A DNA stretch of 64,000 nt, from the NCBI GenBank assembly GCA_951406725.2, contig OX597820.1:34596001-34660000 (forward strand), read 5' to 3'. The notes beneath the pieces are model-generated. The model saw nothing but the letters and a program-made list of their open reading frames with translations, made no database searches and was not told the DNA's origin. The translations under genes and the position numbers were made by a program. Below are positions 1 to 12,440 of the stretch, piece by piece; the first letter of the stretch is position 1, and every line of letters begins with the position of its first letter. This DNA is from Octopus vulgaris (Eukaryota).

Positions 1-62
1 TTCTTCTTCTTCTTCTTCTTCTTCTTCTTCTTCTTCTTCTTCTTCTTCTTCTTCTTCTTCTC
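1..62. repeat. (TTC)n microsatellite
   Basis: About 20 perfect TTC units. Confidence 0.98.
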
Positions 63-68
63 ATTAAC

Positions 69-425
69 AAGGTGATGAGCTGGCAAAATAGTTTGCATGC
101 CAGGCAAAATGCCTAGCGGTATTTCGTCTGCCGCTACGTTCTGAGTTCAAATTCCGCCGAGGTCGACTTTGCCTTTCATGCTTTCGGGGTCGATTAAATA
201 AGTACCAGTTAGGCACTGGGGTCGCTATAATCGACTTAATCCGTTTGTCTGTCCTTGTTTGCCCTCTCTGTGTTTAGCCCCTTGTGGATCGTAAAGAAAT
301 AGGTATTTCGTCCGTTTTTAGTTCTGAGTTCAAATCTATCAGAGGTCGACTTAGCCTTTCATCCTTTCGAGGTCGATACGATAAGTACCAGAATTTGCTG
401 GTTTTGTGCCAAAATTTGAAACCTA
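69..425 (+). mobile_element. tRNA-derived SINE family A (Nin-domain-like), full unit plus partial second unit
   Basis: A-box-like gagctggcaaaa, B box gagttcaaattcc, body gtcgactttgcctttcat.ctttcggggtcgattaaataagtaccag; many other copies in the window. Confidence 0.85.
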
Positions 426-922
426 TATTAGCATCACACAGAAAAAATGATTTATCAGCTTCTTGCGGTGCAAACGTTTTGACAAGCAGAAAATTGTGAT
501 ATGTACTTCTATGTTTTACCATAATAGAGGATTGTAGATCACCAAAAGCAAGAATAGACGGGTGGTAATACATCCAATCTCGGTTCGACAGTTAGCGTTG
601 TAATATATTTTCATGTTATTTTTTTGGTTTTACTGTATTATTTGACGAAGATTGCTTAGTTCGAATTATTATGACTGAAAAAATAACACTTTCTTTTATA
701 TGATAAGAAAAAAACTGTGACGTTCATATTTCTGTTCCTAAAACTTAAATATATATACGAATGTATGTGTGCTGCACAGACAGACAGACAGACAGACAGA
801 CACGCACACACACACACACACGACTACACATATACCTAGATACATATATACATTGTATGCATGCATGCATCTATGTATACCTATATATAATTATCACATA
901 TATATAATTATCTCTTTCTCAC

Positions 923-1004
<82 letters not shown>

Positions 1005-2164
1005 CAGGGTGCGGTGAATAAACTGTCGTCTAAATTACGCAAAAATGAAAATAACACTGACATCTCATGATACACGTACCAAAATTGCATAATAATATCT
1101 TGAAATACTAAAGAATAAATTTATTCAATAAAATTGCCATTGGCTTCACTACGGCCTCCAGGCGACTTCAGAATCTCCTGCAACTCACCTGGACGGTCTC
1201 CTTGTTTAAGTTGGTGTATGCTGCCATAATCTTTGATGCTGCCATAATCCAGATACTAACGGTGATGTGGTCACAGAAATTGTCTGACAGTCATAACTGG
1301 GTTTTCCTGCTTATGTGGCATGGTGCAGAGTCCTGGTGCCAGACATAGGGTCTTCCAGCAACCACCCTCTTGACTCAGGGCAGCACTATCTCCTCCAGGC
1401 ACTTGATGTAGGCCTCCATATTGAGTTTGAGGCCGTGTGGGAAGATGAATGGAGGCATAACATCGCCATCGGTAGTGATCACTCCAAACACCACGATGTT
1501 GATTGGATGTTTGATTCTTTTCACTCTTGGTACGTGTTTTGGGGACACGGCAAGCAAACGGTTGTTCTGTGTGTTCACCATCTGATCCTGGTAGAAATTT
1601 TTCTCGTCTAAGAAAAACCAAAGCATGTTCGGTTGGAGGGGATGCTTAAGTTTGTTCAAAAGCTTCGTAACGCGGTCTTTCTTCTTGTTCTTGATGGCTT
1701 GAGATAAAAATTGGCACTTTCTCATCTTGCATGGGAAATACCGAATGTTTTCATGTACTACCTACCTAATAAGAAACTCTGACTCTCCTATGTCCCTGGA
1801 GAGACCGTTGTCAATCAAGGCCTGGATCTCACCAACAAATTCAGGAGTTCTTTTCTGATCAGAACGATCAGAATGAGTTTTCCGAGTTTTTATCATTAGA
1901 CTCATCCAACTCTTTCCGAATCCTCTGCACTGTCCTCAGCTTGACACCCAAACACTCTGAAATGTTCGTATTGGGGCTTCTGGCGCGAGTGCCAAGCAGT
2001 ACAGCATGTCGTTTCCAAATTTCAGGCAGAGTAATTTGCATCATGATGTTGTTTTTCTCACTCTACGACCCTACGATACTGTGTAGTCGACAAAAATCAA
2101 AAACAAACAATGCGCATGCACGAAATTAAAAATATAAAATGGAAACAATTTAACCATCGCACCT

Positions 2165-2166
<2 letters not shown>
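1005..2166 (-). mobile_element. Tc1/mariner superfamily transposon (maT/DD37D-like), decayed
   Basis: Imperfect TIRs cagggtgcggtgaataaactgt / acaatttaaccatcgcaccttg inside (TA)n; broken transposase with WFFLDEKNF..NTQNNR, VFGVIT.DG and HQDSAPCH motifs; stops and a deletion near the third catalytic residue. Confidence 0.88.
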
Positions 2167-2224
<58 letters not shown>

Positions 2225-2299
2225 TATATATATAAATAAATAAATATATATATATATATACATACATGTATGTACATTATATATATATATATATATATA

Positions 2300-2736
<437 letters not shown>

Positions 2737-2758
2737 TATATATATATATATATATATT

Positions 2759-2798
<40 letters not shown>

Positions 2799-2799
<1 letters not shown>

Positions 2800-2897
2800 G
2801 GTGGCGTCATTTGAAGGATAAAACAATGCGAAGTGCATTGTGACCAGCGATGTGTAGCAACATCTGTTAGCCTGGTCGGTCACGGTGATCACGGTGA
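2799..2897 (+). mobile_element. 3' tail fragment of SINE family B, inverted relative to 2300-2395
   Basis: ggcgtcatttgaaggataaaacaatgcgaagtgcattgtgaccagcgatgtgtagcaacatctg is the reverse-complement homolog of 2300-2395. Confidence 0.8.
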
Positions 2898-3274
2898 TAT
2901 ATATATAATAAGATGCATTTAAGAAGGCATAGCAATCGTCAGTGGATGGTGTTAGTGAGCAGCAGGTCACGGAAGTCGGTGAACCTTTTGATACTCCATA
3001 ATCGACAATATTGTTGAGAAATAAACGAAAAATGAATTGCACTTTTCATTTATTTGGTTATGACTAAAATTACTCTCCTTCGACAAAATATCGTTGTTAC
3101 GTCCGAGTGCATTGTCAAGGACTGAAGGAGCTAGTGTAATCATGATTATGCGCGCGCGCGCACACACACATACATACATACTCACACACAGAGGCGTGAA
3201 TTTCTATTAATACTTATATATATATATATATACATATATATCTGTGTATATTGGTATCAAAGTATTAAAAACTG

Positions 3275-3575
3275 TCACTTCGTCGGTTATGTCGACGAGT
3301 ATTTCAGCTGGTTCGATCAGCAGAAATCCTTGCACGCGAAATTAAACAAGCAAATGGCTGAGCACTTCACAGACATACGTACCTTTAATGTAGTTCTCAG
3401 GGAGATTCAGCGTGACACAGAATGTGACAAGACTCCCTTTGAAGTAAAAATACTGTTCATTTCTGCCAGCATAGTGAGCTGGAACAACGTTCAAGGACAC
3501 AACGTACCGCCGGTAATCGAACTCACGGTCTTGCGATCGTGAGCGGAATACCCTAACGAATAAGCCACGCACATT
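3275..3575 (-). mobile_element. tRNA-derived SINE family C
   Basis: Homologous to 9960-10270 (+) and 46970-47275 (-): head gtggcttattcgttagggtattccgctcacgatcg, tail gtgctcagccatttgc...cgtcgacataaccgacg. Confidence 0.75.
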
Positions 3576-3596
3576 CACAATATATGAGTCAAAGTA

Positions 3597-3806
3597 AGGC
3601 GGCGAGCTGGCAGAAACGTTAGCACGCCTGGCGAAATTCTGCCGTTACGTTCTGAGTTCAAATTCCGCCGAGGTCGACTTTGCCTTCCATCCTTTCGGGA
3701 TCGATTAAATAAGTACTAGTTACGCACTAGGTTCGATTACATCGACTTAATCCCTTTGTCTGTCTTTGTTTGTCCCTTCTATGTTTAGCCTCCTGTCAGC
3801 AATAAA
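3597..3806 (+). mobile_element. SINE family A copy
   Basis: aaggcggcgagctggcagaaacgttagcacg...gagttcaaattccgccgaggtcgactttgcc. Confidence 0.88.
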
Positions 3807-4233
3807 GAGTGGCTGCGTGGTAAGTAGCTTGCTTACCAACCACATGATTCTGGGTTCAGTCCCACTGCGTAGCACCTTGGGCAAGTGTTTTCTACTATAG
3901 CCTCGGGCTGACCAAAGCCTTGTGAGTGGATTTGGTAGACGGAAACTGAAAGAAGCCCGTCGTATATATGTATATGTATATATATGTGTATATCTATAGG
4001 TATGTGTGTGTATATGTTTGTGTGTCTGTGTTTGTTCCTGCCAGCATCGCTTGACAACTGATGCTGGTGTGTTTACGTCCCCGTAACTTAGCGGTTCGAC
4101 AAGAGACCGATAAAATAAGTACTAGGCTTACAAAGAATAAGTCCTGGGGTCGATTTGCTAGTGTAAAGACGGTGCTCCAGTATGGCTGAAGTCAAATGAC
4201 TGATACAAGTAAAAGAGTAAAAGAGTAAAAGAG
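3807..4233 (+). mobile_element. SINE family D (CORE-like head, internal TA/TG tract, (gtaaaaga)n tail), near full length
   Basis: tRNA-like head gtggctgcgtggtaag...gggttcagtccc followed by CORE-like caccttgggcaagtg; a full reverse copy lies at 60325-60725. Confidence 0.85.
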
Positions 4234-4364
4234 ATATGAGTCAAAGTATTAATATTAGAAAAAAATGAGTTTTTCCATTCACATCTGAATCACCTCCCTC
4301 CAGCGTAGCTCTGTCCAAATAATTCTACATTATTCATTATAATTAATAATCAAGGAGTAATTAC

Positions 4365-4433
4365 CGGATTTGCATTCCTCCATACTGGTACAACAGACTG
4401 GTCAATGACGCTGCCAACAGTTTTTCCAAATGC
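4365..4433 (-). CDS. Adhesion GPCR internal exon: GAIN subdomain A
   Basis: tttcatttcag acceptor, CCG|gtaatt donor; 69 nt, phase 0-0; AFGKTVGSVIDQSVVPVWRNANP fits the GAIN F..V..(L/I)D....W motif and continues the frame of the 17735 exon. Confidence 0.85.
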
Positions 4434-4552
4434 CTGAAATGAAACAAAAATTTGGTAGAATATCAAAACATTTCGAAGAATATCAAAGAATTCGATCCGA
4501 ACATTTTTTTTGTTAGTTAATTATTGATTTCTAATAATATTACATAATCATC

Positions 4553-5070
4553 AATTTTGTGACAGGGAACAGTCGATTGAAACAACTTCAGTATTTGACT
4601 GATACTTTATGATATCGATCTTAAGATGGAGAAAGGACAAAGTGAATATTGGCGAGATTTGAACACAGAACGTAAAGGTACTGATTTGTAATATTGTAAG
4701 TTTTGGGACAAGGCCAGCCTTTTCGGGGGGAGGGGGTAAGGCGATTACATCGACCCCTACCCCTATATTCAACTGGTTCTTATTTTATCGCCTTTATGGA
4801 AGGTAAGTCAACCTCGGCGGAATTTGAACACAGAACGTAAAGGTACTGATTTGTAATATTGTAAGTTTTGGGACTAGACCAGCCTTTTCGTGGGGAGGGG
4901 GTAAGACGATTACATCGACCCCTACCCCTATATTCAACTGGTTCTTATTTTATCGCCTTTATGAAAGGTAAGTCAACCTCGGCGGGATTTGAACTCAGAA
5001 CGTAAAGACAGACGCAATGCCGCTAAGCAGTTTGCCCAGCCAGCTAACGATTCTGCCAGCTCGCTGCTGT
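4553..5070 (-). mobile_element. SINE family A-related copies with a local ~165-bp tandem duplication
   Basis: gatttgaacacagaacgtaaaggtactgatttgtaatattgtaagttttggg recurs at ~4656 and ~4821; third partial unit at ~4981. Confidence 0.8.
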
Positions 5071-5643
5071 AATATTGATCAGTAATATTAGCTCAAGACA
5101 AGAGAGCAAGGTGACGGAATATTTAGCACTCCGGACGAAATGCTTAGAGGCATTTCGTTCTTCTTTACGTTCTGAGTTCAAATTCTGCGAGGTCGACTTT
5201 GCCTTTCAACCTTTCGGGGTCGATAAAATAAATACCAGTTGAGTACCGAGGTCGCTACAATCGACTTGACACCTCCCACGAAACTGCTGGTCCTTGTGCT
5301 GAAATTTGAAATCAACACCAACTCAAGGCTAAGCACTTCCATGCTTTTCGTATGCAAGCCGGCTGCGCTCGCTCTGAGTATTCTAATTAAAAACGAATCC
5401 TGTCACATTAAATAAGGTGAAAAAATGTTTTTTATAGACAGTGACTCATAATGTAAAATAAAAATAATTTCCTTGAACATTACTAGGGCTCAGAGAGCCG
5501 GTTACTCCGTTTCTGTGGAATATAAGTAACCAAGATCACGTTATTACTCCTGAACGGAACTCAGATCCATCGCATGGTTACTCATTTGTAACTGAATGAC
5601 CTGGAGAACTTGCAATAAAATGTTTTGTTCAAGAACACAACAT

Positions 5644-5870
5644 ACCTATTTCCTTACTACCCACAAGGTGCTAAACACAGAGGTGACAAACAAGGACAGA
5701 CACACGGATTAAGTCGATTACATCGACCCCAGTGCGTAACTGGTACTTATTTAATCGACCCCGAAGGGATGAAAGGCAAAGTCGACCTCGGCGGAATTTG
5801 AACTCAGAACGCAGCGGCGGACAAAGCATTTCGCCCGGCGTGCTAACGTTTCTGCCAGTTCGTCGCCTCA
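5644..5870 (-). mobile_element. SINE family A copy inserted into another SINE
   Basis: Reverse-complement family A sequence flanked by direct repeat aagaacacaacat (~5631-5643 and ~5871-5883). Confidence 0.85.
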
Positions 5871-6035
5871 AGAACACAACATTTCACCCGGTCTGGGAAT
5901 CGGACCCACGATCTTCCAACCGTTAGTGCACGCAACACCCGTAACCACTAGGCCATGCGCCTGCATAATTCATAACGATGGGAACATTTTAAAAGTAGCA
6001 AGGACTAAAACAAGCTCGTAAAAAAATTGTATAAC

Positions 6036-6250
6036 GTAGGGTGCGGCCGAAAAACCATCCATATTTTATACGGCCAAAAATGTAGACTTAGTTAATGTTA
6101 AGTAGATGATACCATTGTCATCATATCGCAAATATTTTACCGTTTTTATTTCGTTATAATTATGGTTTAAGTCGGCGCATACTGTGAGTTTACTTTTAAG
6201 CATTTATTAAAAATGGTGAATTCGTGAGATCTTTTTTGTCGCATCCTGTA
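6036..6250. mobile_element. Small Tc1/mariner-type MITE
   Basis: Imperfect TIRs tagggtgcggccgaaaaa / ttttttgtcgcatcctgta, similar to the TIR of the 1005-2166 element. Confidence 0.55.
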
Positions 6251-6759
6251 TGAAATATATTGAAATGGTTTTAATTAAAGTACATATTAACAGATGTTAA
6301 TGCATATCGTTGCATTTTGTTTCAAAGTAAGATACATGCGCTGGAGTGGTGAACTAAATAAACTCAAATTTTCCATTCTAAAGTCTTCTAAAGTCGAGTG
6401 TTGTTGCTACTAGAAATATAATTAAAGTCGTTCCAGCCGCGGCTACCCTCTTTAAGGATTATATTAACCAATGTGACTATTAAAAAATTATGGTTGGTTG
6501 TGATTTGAGGGAGGATTAACTACTATTAATAACAGGTAGAGAGAACAACCTAGAAGATCTCTTGAACAGCGTTCCCCACCAAAAATCCAACTATGACCAC
6601 CACTACCAATGCTGCTGTTATCTTGTTCAACACCTCGTTTTCTGTCGTATCAGCAAAACCTTGATCCTTTATTTATGATCAGATTTATCTATATATCTAT
6701 CTGTCTTTCTGTCTGTCTGTCTGTCTGTCTGTATATATATACATATGTATGCATGTATA

Positions 6760-6803
<44 letters not shown>

Positions 6804-6935
6804 CATACATACACATATATGTATATATATATATGTATATATGTAAGCATGAATGTATATATATATATATATATACATATATATATACACCCCCCGCGTG
6901 CATACCCCCATATATGTATATGATTTATATATTAT

Positions 6936-6995
<60 letters not shown>

Positions 6996-9448
6996 CTATT
7001 ATTAGCTTGAGTAGACAACCTTTTCTCAGTGAATGAGAATTCCCACCAGGACAAATTTAAGGAACTCCTGTAGAGTTGAATAGTCAGGAAGAATTTTCTT
7101 TTCGACTTTTATGGGAATACCACTTTTCCTCCACCTTCTCCTCCATTTCCTTTTTGTTGTAGCAACCACACCCAAGTCCTCAATAATTATTGCACCGTCA
7201 TTAGTTCTCTTCAACAGCGACGCCCTTCAAATTTCTATTTCTGGTTTTAATATTTGTTTGCTTAACATCTTAACCTTGTAAAATCAGCAAACTTTCAACG
7301 TTTCTTCCATCAGATATGAAGATATGATTTTTTTAATGGGTGGTTGATGTCTTGCTGTGTTGTTGTTGTTGTTGTGATGGTAGTGGTCGTTTTGTGCCTG
7401 CGTTTGTCTGTGTTTGTTTGTATGTGCGTGGGCATTTGTGTGTGTATTTTAGTTCTTGGTCAGTTGTCATCGAGCAGAGAACTACTATCATAGGTACTGC
7501 AGTCATACCTACCTTGTCCATTAATTAGACGGTACGCTCAAGGCTACAGTCTTTGCCATCGTTGATCTGCCTCAGCTCAGCCAGCTCTGATCCAGCGCAC
7601 ATATGATCAAAGGCATTTCAGCCATGGTCATCGCGGTTTTAATTCAGATATATATCAAGAACAACAGTTCTTGTTATTGTTCTTCAGCCCCGAGTCAGAC
7701 ACCCCTTATCGCACTTGATCAAACATGTTCCAGTCATAGCTCCCTTCTCTTTTATCCAGACACAGTATACCAAGGACTACAATCTTTGTTATTATTCTAT
7801 AACCTCAGGTGAATCCTCATCTATCACTCATATCATCAAAGATTGCCGTGACCATCATGTGATCCTTACCTATTAAGTATTCAGACTATGTATTTCTTGG
7901 GACTAGATTAGCCAACGTATCCTCCTTATTGTTATTCAGCCCAAGTTTAGTTTTGACCAGTGCAATATTATCCAACAACAGCAACAACAGTAACAACAAC
8001 AACAACAGCAAAAACAGAATCACCAACAACAGCAATAACAATAACAACTAAATCAACATCAACAACAACAGCAACAATCACAATAGCATCTACGTTAACA
8101 GGTCAGGTCATAAATTATAATCAGGTTTCAGAGGGCGCTGTTGTTGTTATTGTTACTGTTATCCTTATTGCTGTTGTCTTCTTCCAATCAGGACTCACGC
8201 CATTAGCCACAAAGAATAATCTCTAATTCGAGCCTACTCTAAGCTACTAAGAATGCGTGTGGCAACTTGAAGATCCACCCACCACACGCGATAGACCGAC
8301 AGTTGCACGGGCGCGAAAGCTACGTTGTTATCCTCATTCCGTAAACGGTGGCTTTTACCGGGTGGAGAGCTGAACCATACTGGGGTACAGAGGATTTGCA
8401 ACCTAGACTAGGGTCTGAACGCTTACCACACCATAGTGGGTTACACCATGGTTCCTCTGTTTTGTGGAAGAAGTAGGAAGAAAGAGTGAAAGTTGTGGTG
8501 AAAGAGTACACCCCCGCCGGAACCTCGTGGAGCTTAGGTGTTTTTGTTCAATAAACACTCACAATGCCCGGTCTGGGAATCGAAACCGCGTTCTTACGAC
8601 CGCGAGTCCGCTGCCCTAACCACTGGGCCATTGCACCTCCACCATTGCTGTTGTTGTTTACCTCTAGGTCAACCCAAATCAAAACCAACCCAACCGTGCC
8701 CATACCGTATATTTTATTCCATCAGGAACAATATACATTATCATGTACTATCATCATTATCCAATGTGTTTCTTATTGCGTAAGACCGTAAGACAGAAGG
8801 GACATTGGCTGTTATTTCTAACAAATTGAACGACCACATAGTAGACACCTCACGTTGTTTCACTTTATCTAATCTTAGTTGCTTTCATACATGGCTGTCA
8901 TGAGTTCAAATCACACAGAGATTTGCTTTCTAATATATCCCATTGCACTAACTTCACCTTCCTACCTCAGTGAATGCCCATCGAGTGTAAATGAATCAAG
9001 CTACCCAGGCACCCGGATAACCAGACGCACTGATACTCGATACCTGACAGGCACACGGTATAAAACCATGTACTCGGTGACATACCCTTTTTATAGCTGA
9101 TGTTAAGATAAAACTCAGAGTATTATAACAGAGGTGGTTGTAGTAGTGGCAGCAGCAGTAGCAGTAGCATTAGGAGTAGTAATAATAGTAGTAGTAGTAA
9201 CAACAGCAGTAGCAGCAGCAGTACTAGTAGCAGTAGTAGTAGCAGCAATAGTAGTGGCAGTGGCAGCAGCAGCAACAGTGGTGGTGATGGGGATGGTGGT
9301 GGTGTTGGTGGTAATGGTGATGTTTGTAGATTTTGTATGAAGACATGTGGTCATACATAGTCGATGGAGGCCTCCGAGCAGCTGTTCTGCTGAATAACAG
9401 CGCCTCCTAGTGAAGGATTTGGTAGACGGAAACTGAAAGAAGCCCGTC

Positions 9449-9502
<54 letters not shown>

Positions 9503-9506
<4 letters not shown>

Positions 9507-9650
9507 GGTGCTTAAGGTATTTGAGGACATACCTTTTTGGGGTCATTCCTGCATTATTTGCTAACTCTGTATAATCTTTGTCTCAGAAAATAATAATGGC
9601 AGACCCTAAGCTTATTCAAGAAATGAAGACGTACGCTGTTATTGTGGTTA
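9503..9650 (+). mobile_element. 5' end fragment of a Tc1/mariner (maT-like) transposon
   Basis: TA|cagggtgc TIR start within (TA)n, followed by ATG MADPKLIQEMKTYAVIVVI resembling a transposase N-terminus. Confidence 0.45.
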
Positions 9651-9959
9651 TATATATATATATATTTGTGTTTGTGTCTGTGTTTGTCCCCCCACCATCG
9701 CTTGACAACTGGTGTTGGTGTGCTTACGTCCCCGTAACTTTGCAGTTCGGCAAAAGCGATTGATAGAATAAATACTAGACTTACAAGGAATAAGTCCTGG
9801 AGTCGATTTGTTCGACTAATATCCCTTAAGGTGGTGCCCCAGCATGGCCGCAGTCAAAATGACTGAAGTACGTACAAGAATGAAAGAATAAAAGAATACA
9901 CGGCCGGTGGAGGCCTTTGAGCAGCTGTTCTTCTGTTGAGCAGTAGCGCTTCCTAGTGA

Positions 9960-10270
9960 GGGTGCGTGGTTTAGTGTTTCGGGAACACGGCTCACGATCG
10001 TAAAGTCGTGAGTTCGATTCCCGGCGGCGCGTTGTAAGACACTTTATTTCACGTTGCTCCAGTTCACTCAACTGGCAAAAATCAAGTAGTACCTGGATTT
10101 CAAAGGGCCAGCCTTGTCATATTCTGAGTCATGTAGAATCTTTCTGAGAACTATGTTAAGGGTACGCGTGTCTGTGGAGTGCTCAGCCACATGCACGTCA
10201 GTTTCACGAGCAGGCTGTTCCGTTGATTGGATCAGCTGAAGCACTGGTCGCCGTAACCGACGGAGAGCCA
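9960..10270 (+). mobile_element. SINE family C copy
   Basis: A box gtggtttagtg, B box gagttcgattccc, conserved tail shared with the 3275 and 46970 copies. Confidence 0.8.
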
Positions 10271-10419
10271 GTGCCTCCTAGGGGTCCTTTTATTAGTCCA
10301 CAGGGGGCTGCAATGTCAACGGAGCTATCTCAATACATCATTAGATCGCTGGGTGTTTCGAGGGGTCGTGATTGTTTCTTAGATGCAAAAATATTTAAAC
10401 CAAGTTATCAGAATCGCTA

Positions 10420-10892
10420 ACACATAATCATCCTCATCATCATTGTCACCGTCATCATCACTATCGTTACCGTCATCATCATCATCATCATCATCGTTAT
10501 GATCATCACATTTATCATCCCCGTCATCATCATCATTATTATCATCATTATCGTCACCACCAGCATCGCCTCTGCCGCCGCCACGTCCTCGACGACGACG
10601 ACCACACCACCATCACTAGCGCAACATCCAGCAAACACCACCACCATAACAATCTCCACCACCACAACAACACCACCATCATGCCGCTTCCACCACCACA
10701 ACAACACCACCATCATGCCGCTTCCACCACCACCACCACCACCACCACCACCACCACCACCACCATCCCCACCATCACTATCCCCTCCACCACCACCACC
10801 ATGACAATCACCATCATCGCCATTATAATATCCACTACCACTACCATCATTACCATCATTATCATCAATATGATCACCACCAACACCATCAA

Positions 10893-10962
<70 letters not shown>

Positions 10963-10975
10963 GTCGTCGTCCCCG
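10420..10975. repeat. Compound (CAT)n/(CAC)n trinucleotide low-complexity tract
   Basis: Long atc/acc runs; source of the poly-M/I/P/T ORFs. Confidence 0.95.
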
Positions 10976-11239
10976 ACATTGAACTAACAACGCTCCTGCT
11001 AAGAGCGTTCCAAGCTCAAATGGGGCTGCATATGTCAAGTGCGCGTCACAAAGAGCTCTGGCAGTTTGGTGAGGATTGTAATTTTTCATACAAATAAACT
11101 TTCCGATTTAAGAAAAAAAACAATAACTGGCGCTCCCTGCGACCCATAGAGCGCTCCCTAAGCCTTTGCTGATCTCTTAATATCAGTTGATTACTAGGAA
11201 ATTTTACCTAAAACACAATTTTAGCAAAATAATAATAAC

Positions 11240-11303
<64 letters not shown>

Positions 11304-11572
11304 GTAAATAAATAAATAAAATGAAAAAATAAAATAACAACAAATCTATGTTCAGATTAATATATAAATATTGCATTGTTATCAGTGAGAAGAAGGCATG
11401 GTTGATGACGTGTCAAGATATAATGAAATTTCATTATATAAGTTCTTGCCTTGTTTAGTTATTGCCATACAAAAAGCATGGTTGTGTGGTTATGAAGCTT
11501 GTTTAACAACCATGGGATTTCGGGTTCAGTTCCACTGCGCGGCTCATAACGCAAATGTCTTCTATAGTCACC

Positions 11573-11937
11573 CAAAGGGAAGAATGCTACTGTTATTTAG
11601 GCCTAGGAAACACCGGCTCCTGTTGGACTTGACGCATTTCCTGTGTCTTTATGCTACTGCATAAATCTTTCTGAGAGATTTAGAAATATTTTCTATTTTC
11701 AAAAATCAGTGAATGTATTTCACTTGAAATATATATATTTTCAAAGGCGGATAGGCACCGACAGCTAGCAAGCCTGACTATTATGAGCAATGACTCTGAA
11801 ACTAGTCTCTGGATGCTAGCTTTGCTGGGTGGAGGTGCTTATATCCACTTTGAAAACATAAAGATACAGGAGATGTGTCTAGTCCAACAGGAACGGTGTT
11901 TCCTTGGGCTGAATAACAGTACCATTCTTCCCTTTTA
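11573..11937 (+). mobile_element. Retrozyme/Penelope-pLTR-like element with degenerate hammerhead and inverted partial copy
   Basis: 11573-11660 is an ~85% inverted copy of ~11850-11937; central GAAACTAGTC (palindromic stem III plus GUC) closed by gctagca/tgctagc; arm sequence homologous to the 55.6-56.4 kb monomer. Confidence 0.55.
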
Positions 11938-11939
11938 TG

Positions 11940-12388
11940 GGACTGTCACATTAAGTTGACAACATACTATCAAGAAAATACTTGTAAATGTAAGTGTTCC
12001 CACTGATAAAAATATGTTTGTAAAGGAGTTTGACAAATTAACTATAAGGACTTGGAAATAGAAATACAAAAGATGTGGCATCTTAAAGCGAGAACTGTCC
12101 CTGTTATTGTGGAAAGGGATATCAGAAAACATCTAGATAATATCCCATGAGAACCATGTGTCAGAGAAATCCAAAAAGATTGTGTTGACAAGTACTGCCC
12201 ACATCCTTAGAAAAACCGTATCAATTTTAAGGTATGCGTTGTATTACATGAAAATATTTCGCTACTACCCCTGCCACTTACCCTTCCCAAGCTTTAAATC
12301 ATACTGTAACATTTCTTATCCTTCACTCGCCCTAGGACGCTGGGTGTGTCTCGGCGAGTGATTGTAGTAAACATGCTGATTAAAAGTA

Positions 12389-12440
<52 letters not shown>
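11940..12440 (+). mobile_element. 3' fragment of an R4/Dong-type (restriction-like endonuclease) non-LTR retrotransposon with (TAA)n tail
   Basis: Broken frame ..VSVPTDKN..KE.DKL..YKDLEIEIQKMWHLK..TVPVIV..IQKIVLTSTAHILRK, the typical RLE C-terminus; ends in (AAT)n at ~12390-12438. Confidence 0.8.

Noticed and set aside
7026-7320. Minus-strand 62-aa ORF (KRTNDGAIIIEDLGVV...)
   Set aside because: Upstream in-frame stops, no splice signals or identifiable family; possibly an unclassified TE relic.
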